The translations under genes were made by a program, and so were the position numbers. DNA of 64,000 nt, taken from positions 102 through 64,101 of the forward strand of contig JABHCP010000005.1 in assembly GCA_018673485.1 (NCBI GenBank), read 5' to 3'. Below are positions 60,568 through 64,000 of the stretch, piece after piece (within the stretch, counting starts at the first letter, position 1; the number at the start of each line of letters is the position of its first letter). The DNA comes from Candidatus Uhrbacteria bacterium (GTDB lineage Bacteria; Patescibacteriota; Patescibacteriia; UBA9934). Below the pieces are notes generated by a model that worked only from the letters and a program-made list of their open reading frames with translations, made no database searches and was not told where the DNA came from.

Positions 60568-61611
60568 ATGCGAATACTAGGAATCGAATCGAGTTGTGAC
60601 GAAACTGCCTTGGCGCTTGTGGTGGGCAAGGGTGACCAACTTAAGGTTGAGAACTCTACAGTGCTCTCTCAAATCCAAACTCATCAGCAATATGGTGGAG
60701 TGGTACCCGAGGTTGCAGCGCGCGAGCACCTAGCTGCGATTTTTCCTATGCTTGAGCGCGAGATTCCGTTTGATGGAAAAGGGATCGATGCCGTTGCGGT
60801 GACGTCAGGTCCAGGCTTGGCGCCGGCGTTGCGGATCGGAGTTGAAGTCGCAAAGACCTTGGCATGGAGCTGGGGCGTGCCGCTTGTTGGAGTTTGTCAT
60901 CTGGAAGGTCACATATACGCTAGTTGGTTGCCAAGGGCTAAGCGATTGTTTTTATTCTTGCCGCAGAAGACTCCAATATTTCCCGCACTTAGTCTTATAG
61001 TTTCGGGTGGACACACTGAGTTGGTGTTAATGCACGACCATGGAAGATTTGAGCGCATTGGTGAGACAATGGATGATGCTGCAGGTGAAGCATTCGATAA
61101 AGTTGCAAAGATGTTAGGACTTCCATACCCGGGTGGGCCACACATTGCGCGCTTGGCAGTGGGTGGTGATACAAAAGCATTTGATTTCCCACGTGGGCTT
61201 TTGGATAGAGATAATTTTGAGTTTAGTTTTTCTGGATTAAAGACATCGGTTCTATATACTTTGCGTAAAAATGAGGATAAACTTGAGAATGTTGAGTTTA
61301 GGCAAAACATCGCTGCGTCTTTTCAAGAGGCTGCGGTTGATGTGCTGACACAGAAGTCTATGAAAGCGATCGAGAAGTATAAACCTAAGTCGTTTATTCT
61401 TGCAGGTGGAGTCGCAGCAAATATTGAGCTGCGAAAGCGGATCAAAAAAGAAGGAACGCGGCGAGCAACTAAGGTATTTGTACCACCGTTTACCTATTCG
61501 GTTGATAACGCAGCGATGATCGCTGTCGCTGGATATTTCCGAGCACAGAACGATAAGAATTTCGTAGAACCTGAGGACTTGGCGGCCGACTCAAATATGG
61601 ATATTGTTTAA
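60568..61611 (+). CDS. tsaD: tRNA threonylcarbamoyltransferase TsaD
   Basis: LGIESSCDET, GGVVPEVAAR.H, HLEGH, SGGHT, DDAAGEAFDKVA, DNAAMI. Confidence 0.98.
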   Translation: MRILGIESSCDETALALVVGKGDQLKVENSTVLSQIQTHQQYGGVVPEVAAREHLAAIFPMLEREIPFDGKGIDAVAVTSGPGLAPALRIGVEVAKTLAWSWGVPLVGVCHLEGHIYASWLPRAKRLFLFLPQKTPIFPALSLIVSGGHTELVLMHDHGRFERIGETMDDAAGEAFDKVAKMLGLPYPGGPHIARLAVGGDTKAFDFPRGLLDRDNFEFSFSGLKTSVLYTLRKNEDKLENVEFRQNIAASFQEAAVDVLTQKSMKAIEKYKPKSFILAGGVAANIELRKRIKKEGTRRATKVFVPPFTYSVDNAAMIAVAGYFRAQNDKNFVEPEDLAADSNMDIV

Positions 61612-61634
61612 TTCACTCTGTCATTCCGTAATCA

Positions 61635-62014
61635 CCCATCCAGAGGAGCCTAAAGGCGACGAAGGATCCCGTAGATATATGCACGACGATTATCATTTCG
61701 TATACATCATGACCAACACAAGGCACACTGTTTTGTATACTGGTTTTACGTCAGACCTAGCGAAGAGAAATTACGAGCATAAAGAAAAGTTGGTTGCGGG
61801 TTTCACGAAAAGATACAATGCGACTGAGCTTGTTTATTTCGAGTGTATAGAAGATCGAGATTCAGCCCTTGCTCGAGAAAAACAGATTAAAGGTGTTAGT
61901 AGAAATAAGAAAGAATTTTTAATTAATTCAAAGAATCCTGATTGGAGAGATTTATCTGATGACATACTGTAACGATCGGGATCCCTCGGCCGTTTTTACG
62001 GCCTTCGGGATGGG
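61635..62014 (+). mobile_element. GIY-YIG gene flanked by inverted family B repeats
   Basis: Left CCCATCCAGAGG..CGAAGGATCCCG; right (reverse complement) CCCATCCCGAAGG..CGAGGGATCCCG. Confidence 0.7.
61679..61972 (+). CDS. Small GIY-YIG nuclease
   Basis: FVYIMTN....LYTG.TSDL..R..EHK...GFT.RYN...LVYFE...A..REKQIK...NP.W.DL. Confidence 0.92.
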   Translation: MHDDYHFVYIMTNTRHTVLYTGFTSDLAKRNYEHKEKLVAGFTKRYNATELVYFECIEDRDSALAREKQIKGVSRNKKEFLINSKNPDWRDLSDDIL

Positions 62015-62028
62015 GGGTTAAGTAATAT

Positions 62029-62454
62029 ATGAAACACGTTTCAAAAAGTGAACTTCAGACTAAAGAAATCGCAGCCAAGTTTGCTCGTAAACTTGCGGGT
62101 GGTGAATTTATTGAGTTGGTTGGTGACCTCGGTGCCGGCAAAACGGTTTTTGTACGCGGTATGGTTGAGGCGCTTGGTTCAACGGCACGAGTGAAGAGTC
62201 CGACTTTTACAATTATGAATGAGTACCCAGTGCAAGGTGAGCATGTAACCAAGATTGCGCACTTGGACTTGTATCGGTTTGATGATGAATCGCAGCTTAG
62301 CGCTTTAGAGCTTGAGGATTATATAAATGATAAGACTGTGATTTGTGTTGAGTGGCCTGATATTTTTGGTAAGTCACCATTTGAACCAACACACCGGGTC
62401 ACAATCGAGCACGTTGATGTAGATACTAGGGAGATTATTGTTAATGAATTATAA
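62029..62454 (+). CDS. tsaE: tRNA threonylcarbamoyladenosine biosynthesis ATPase TsaE
   Basis: GDLGAGKT, V.SPTF, H.DLYR, VEW. Confidence 0.96.
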   Translation: MKHVSKSELQTKEIAAKFARKLAGGEFIELVGDLGAGKTVFVRGMVEALGSTARVKSPTFTIMNEYPVQGEHVTKIAHLDLYRFDDESQLSALELEDYINDKTVICVEWPDIFGKSPFEPTHRVTIEHVDVDTREIIVNEL

Positions 62455-62535
62455 CCACCCCTAGCCCCTCCTTAAAAAGGAGGGGGAATCAAGACTTCGA
62501 CCCTCCCCATTTTTAAGGGGGAGTTGGAGGGGGTT
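62454..62535. repeat. Inverted pair of family A-like repeats
   Basis: AACCACCCCCTAGCCCCTCCTT..AAGGAGGGG facing CCCTCCCC..GGGGAGTTGGAGGGGGTT. Confidence 0.75.
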
Positions 62536-62543
62536 ATGTGCAT

Positions 62544-62825
62544 ATGAAATCAAACAAACAAAGTTTAAACGAGACATTATTGAACATGGCGGATATTGAC
62601 TCGGAGATTGAGTCGATTGATTTGCATGGAATGAATGTCCACGAGGCAGAGCTTGAGGTTGATCAATTTCTCGCCGACATGCAGTTTCGCAAGGAGCAGG
62701 TGGTAGAGATTGTCTGCGGTGCTGGAACTGGTGTGCTAGCTGACGCGATATGGGAGTTTGTACAAAAGCACCCAATGGTGCAACTTGCCAAATCCAAGGG
62801 TTCCAGAATATTTTGTGTTTTATAA
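62544..62825 (+). CDS. Smr/MutS2 C-terminal domain protein
   Basis: IDLHGM, I..G.GTGVL. Confidence 0.85.
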   Translation: MKSNKQSLNETLLNMADIDSEIESIDLHGMNVHEAELEVDQFLADMQFRKEQVVEIVCGAGTGVLADAIWEFVQKHPMVQLAKSKGSRIFCVL

Positions 62826-62875
62826 AATAGGTCTTATAAGACCTATTGGACATATACTGGCAGACCTATTCCGAC

Positions 62876-63003
62876 AAACAAAACAACCGCCACACCACTA
62901 ACCCATCCCGACGTCCAGGAGGGATCCACTGAAACAAAACAACCGCCACACCACTAACCCATCCCGACGTCCAGGAGGGATCCACTGAAACAAAACAACC
63001 GCC
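62876..63003 (+). repeat. Exact 56-bp tandem repeat, about 2.3 copies, each full unit holding a family B motif
   Basis: Units start at 62876, 62932 and 62988. Confidence 0.9.
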
Positions 63004-63100
63004 TGAGAGAATGCGGTTGTTTTTTATACACTGAGCACCACGTGAGTGATGCGCATTGCATGTGCCCTCGGGTGAGGGCGAGAGAAGTGAAGGAGCTGAT

Positions 63101-63379
63101 CTAGTGGCGCATTGTGCGCAGCATCGCCTTGTAGACGAGCCATTCGCGCAGGGCCATCGCGAAGGCCTGCAGCACGGTCCAGGTGATGGACAGGGCGACG
63201 CCGATCATGGCACCGCTTGAGACCCAGACCACCAACGTTTCCAGGGAGTAGTTGGGTGCCATCAGCACTCCGAAGATCTCGCAGACGATCATGCAGATCA
63301 CCATGCCGATGAAGGCATAGGGATAGCTGATCTTCTTGAAGTACTTGTTGAAGAGGTTGCCAAGGGTCATCTCGGACAT
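63101..63379 (-). CDS. Small two-TM membrane protein
   Basis: GGAG SD; hydrophobic segments. Confidence 0.65.
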   Translation of the reverse strand: MSEMTLGNLFNKYFKKISYPYAFIGMVICMIVCEIFGVLMAPNYSLETLVVWVSSGAMIGVALSITWTVLQAFAMALREWLVYKAMLRTMRH

Positions 63380-63484
63380 GATGTCTCCGTTTTGAGTGAA
63401 AGTCCACCAAAGGCCATGATATTATTATGAACTTTGGCGGACGCCCGAGGTGAGTCGGGCAGTACGAAGTCGATGAGACGTTTC

Positions 63485-63682
63485 TTAGCGTCTCTTGAGG
63501 ATCGGGGTCAGGAAGGTACCTCCAAGTAGTACCATCAAAGCACCCAAGGTGCTCATGATGCGTGGGAACACGATGTTCCTGGGGTCGTTCACCTGCCACG
63601 AGAACTCGACGCCAATGGCGATGAGGCCGAGCAAGATGATGGCGAGCCCGACAAGGGCCCAGATACGGTTTTTCTTTTCCAT
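63485..63682 (-). CDS. Small two-TM membrane protein
   Basis: GAGG SD; hydrophobic segments. Confidence 0.65.
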   Translation of the reverse strand: MEKKNRIWALVGLAIILLGLIAIGVEFSWQVNDPRNIVFPRIMSTLGALMVLLGGTFLTPILKRR

Positions 63683-63808
63683 CGATATTCCTCGTAGCCC
63701 TTTGATAGATGCTACTGGTTATAGGTCCGCCAAAATCCAGAATCAAGTTCTAAACTTTGGCGGACGCCCGACAGTTGCCAGGCGTGAGGAAGGAAGGGGG
63801 CGATCTCG

Positions 63809-64000
63809 CTAGAAGGGCCGTGGCCCATCGAGCTTCTCGTTCCAGGTGAGAAGGCAGGTCGCCAAGCCGATCGCCGCGAAGACTGCGCCCAGGGTGATCG
63901 TGAAGAAACCGTAGAGAACGGACTCCTTCAGGCTGCCACCACCGTTGAAGGCGATGAAGAAGCCGAGGGCGAAGGCCGCGATGATCGCGGTCTTGCCGAG
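63809..64000 (-). CDS. Small membrane protein (5' end outside window)
   Basis: Open frame LGKTAIIAAFALGFF...DGPRPF-stop. Confidence 0.55.
   Translation of the reverse strand, partial: LGKTAIIAAFALGFFIAFNGGGSLKESVLYGFFTITLGAVFAAIGLATCLLTWNEKLDGPRPF

Noticed and set aside
62876-63003. Possible mini-CRISPR (AAACAAAACAACCGCC three times)
   Set aside because: The intervening sequences are identical, so this is a 56-bp tandem duplication; no cas genes are seen.
57713-64000. Prophage or canonical integron
   Set aside because: No integrase, structural genes or canonical attC ends; core genes are interleaved with the orphans.

Overview
A 64-kb chromosomal segment of a small-genome bacterium, most likely Patescibacteria/CPR (Parcubacteria, ABY1/Uhrbacteria-like). 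This placement is inferred from the stand-alone 16S gene with a GTGCCAGCAGCAGCGG variant, short UvrA/UvrC/SMC, a Memo-CapA fusion and SD-less core genes. The backbone carries uvrA, uvrC, a MurL-MurD fusion, 16S rRNA, five tRNAs, khpA, trmD, rpsP, smc, nrnA, clpP, recQ, a copper locus (copA), dsbA, tsaD and tsaE. Three layers of accessory structure sit on this backbone. (1) At least four families of short palindromic or low-complexity repeats. Three are seen next to a small partner gene (two GIY-YIG nucleases and a four-helix-bundle protein). Three have copies translated in frame inside core proteins (UvrA, UvrC, SMC, NrnA). One GIY-YIG gene sits in a duplicated 5' end of tRNA-Glu. (2) About 17 GC-rich, self-contained accessory cassettes (TTGACA promoter, SD, ORF, terminator), almost all on the minus strand and often bracketed by duplicated terminator hairpins. 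They include a DUF488 plus dual-OB pair beside tRNA-Gly. (3) Several unexplained non-coding units, notably two structured elements of about 260-290 nt that share an identical 55-bp head and have covarying long-range stems. All coordinates and alignments were read by eye; no database searches were run.
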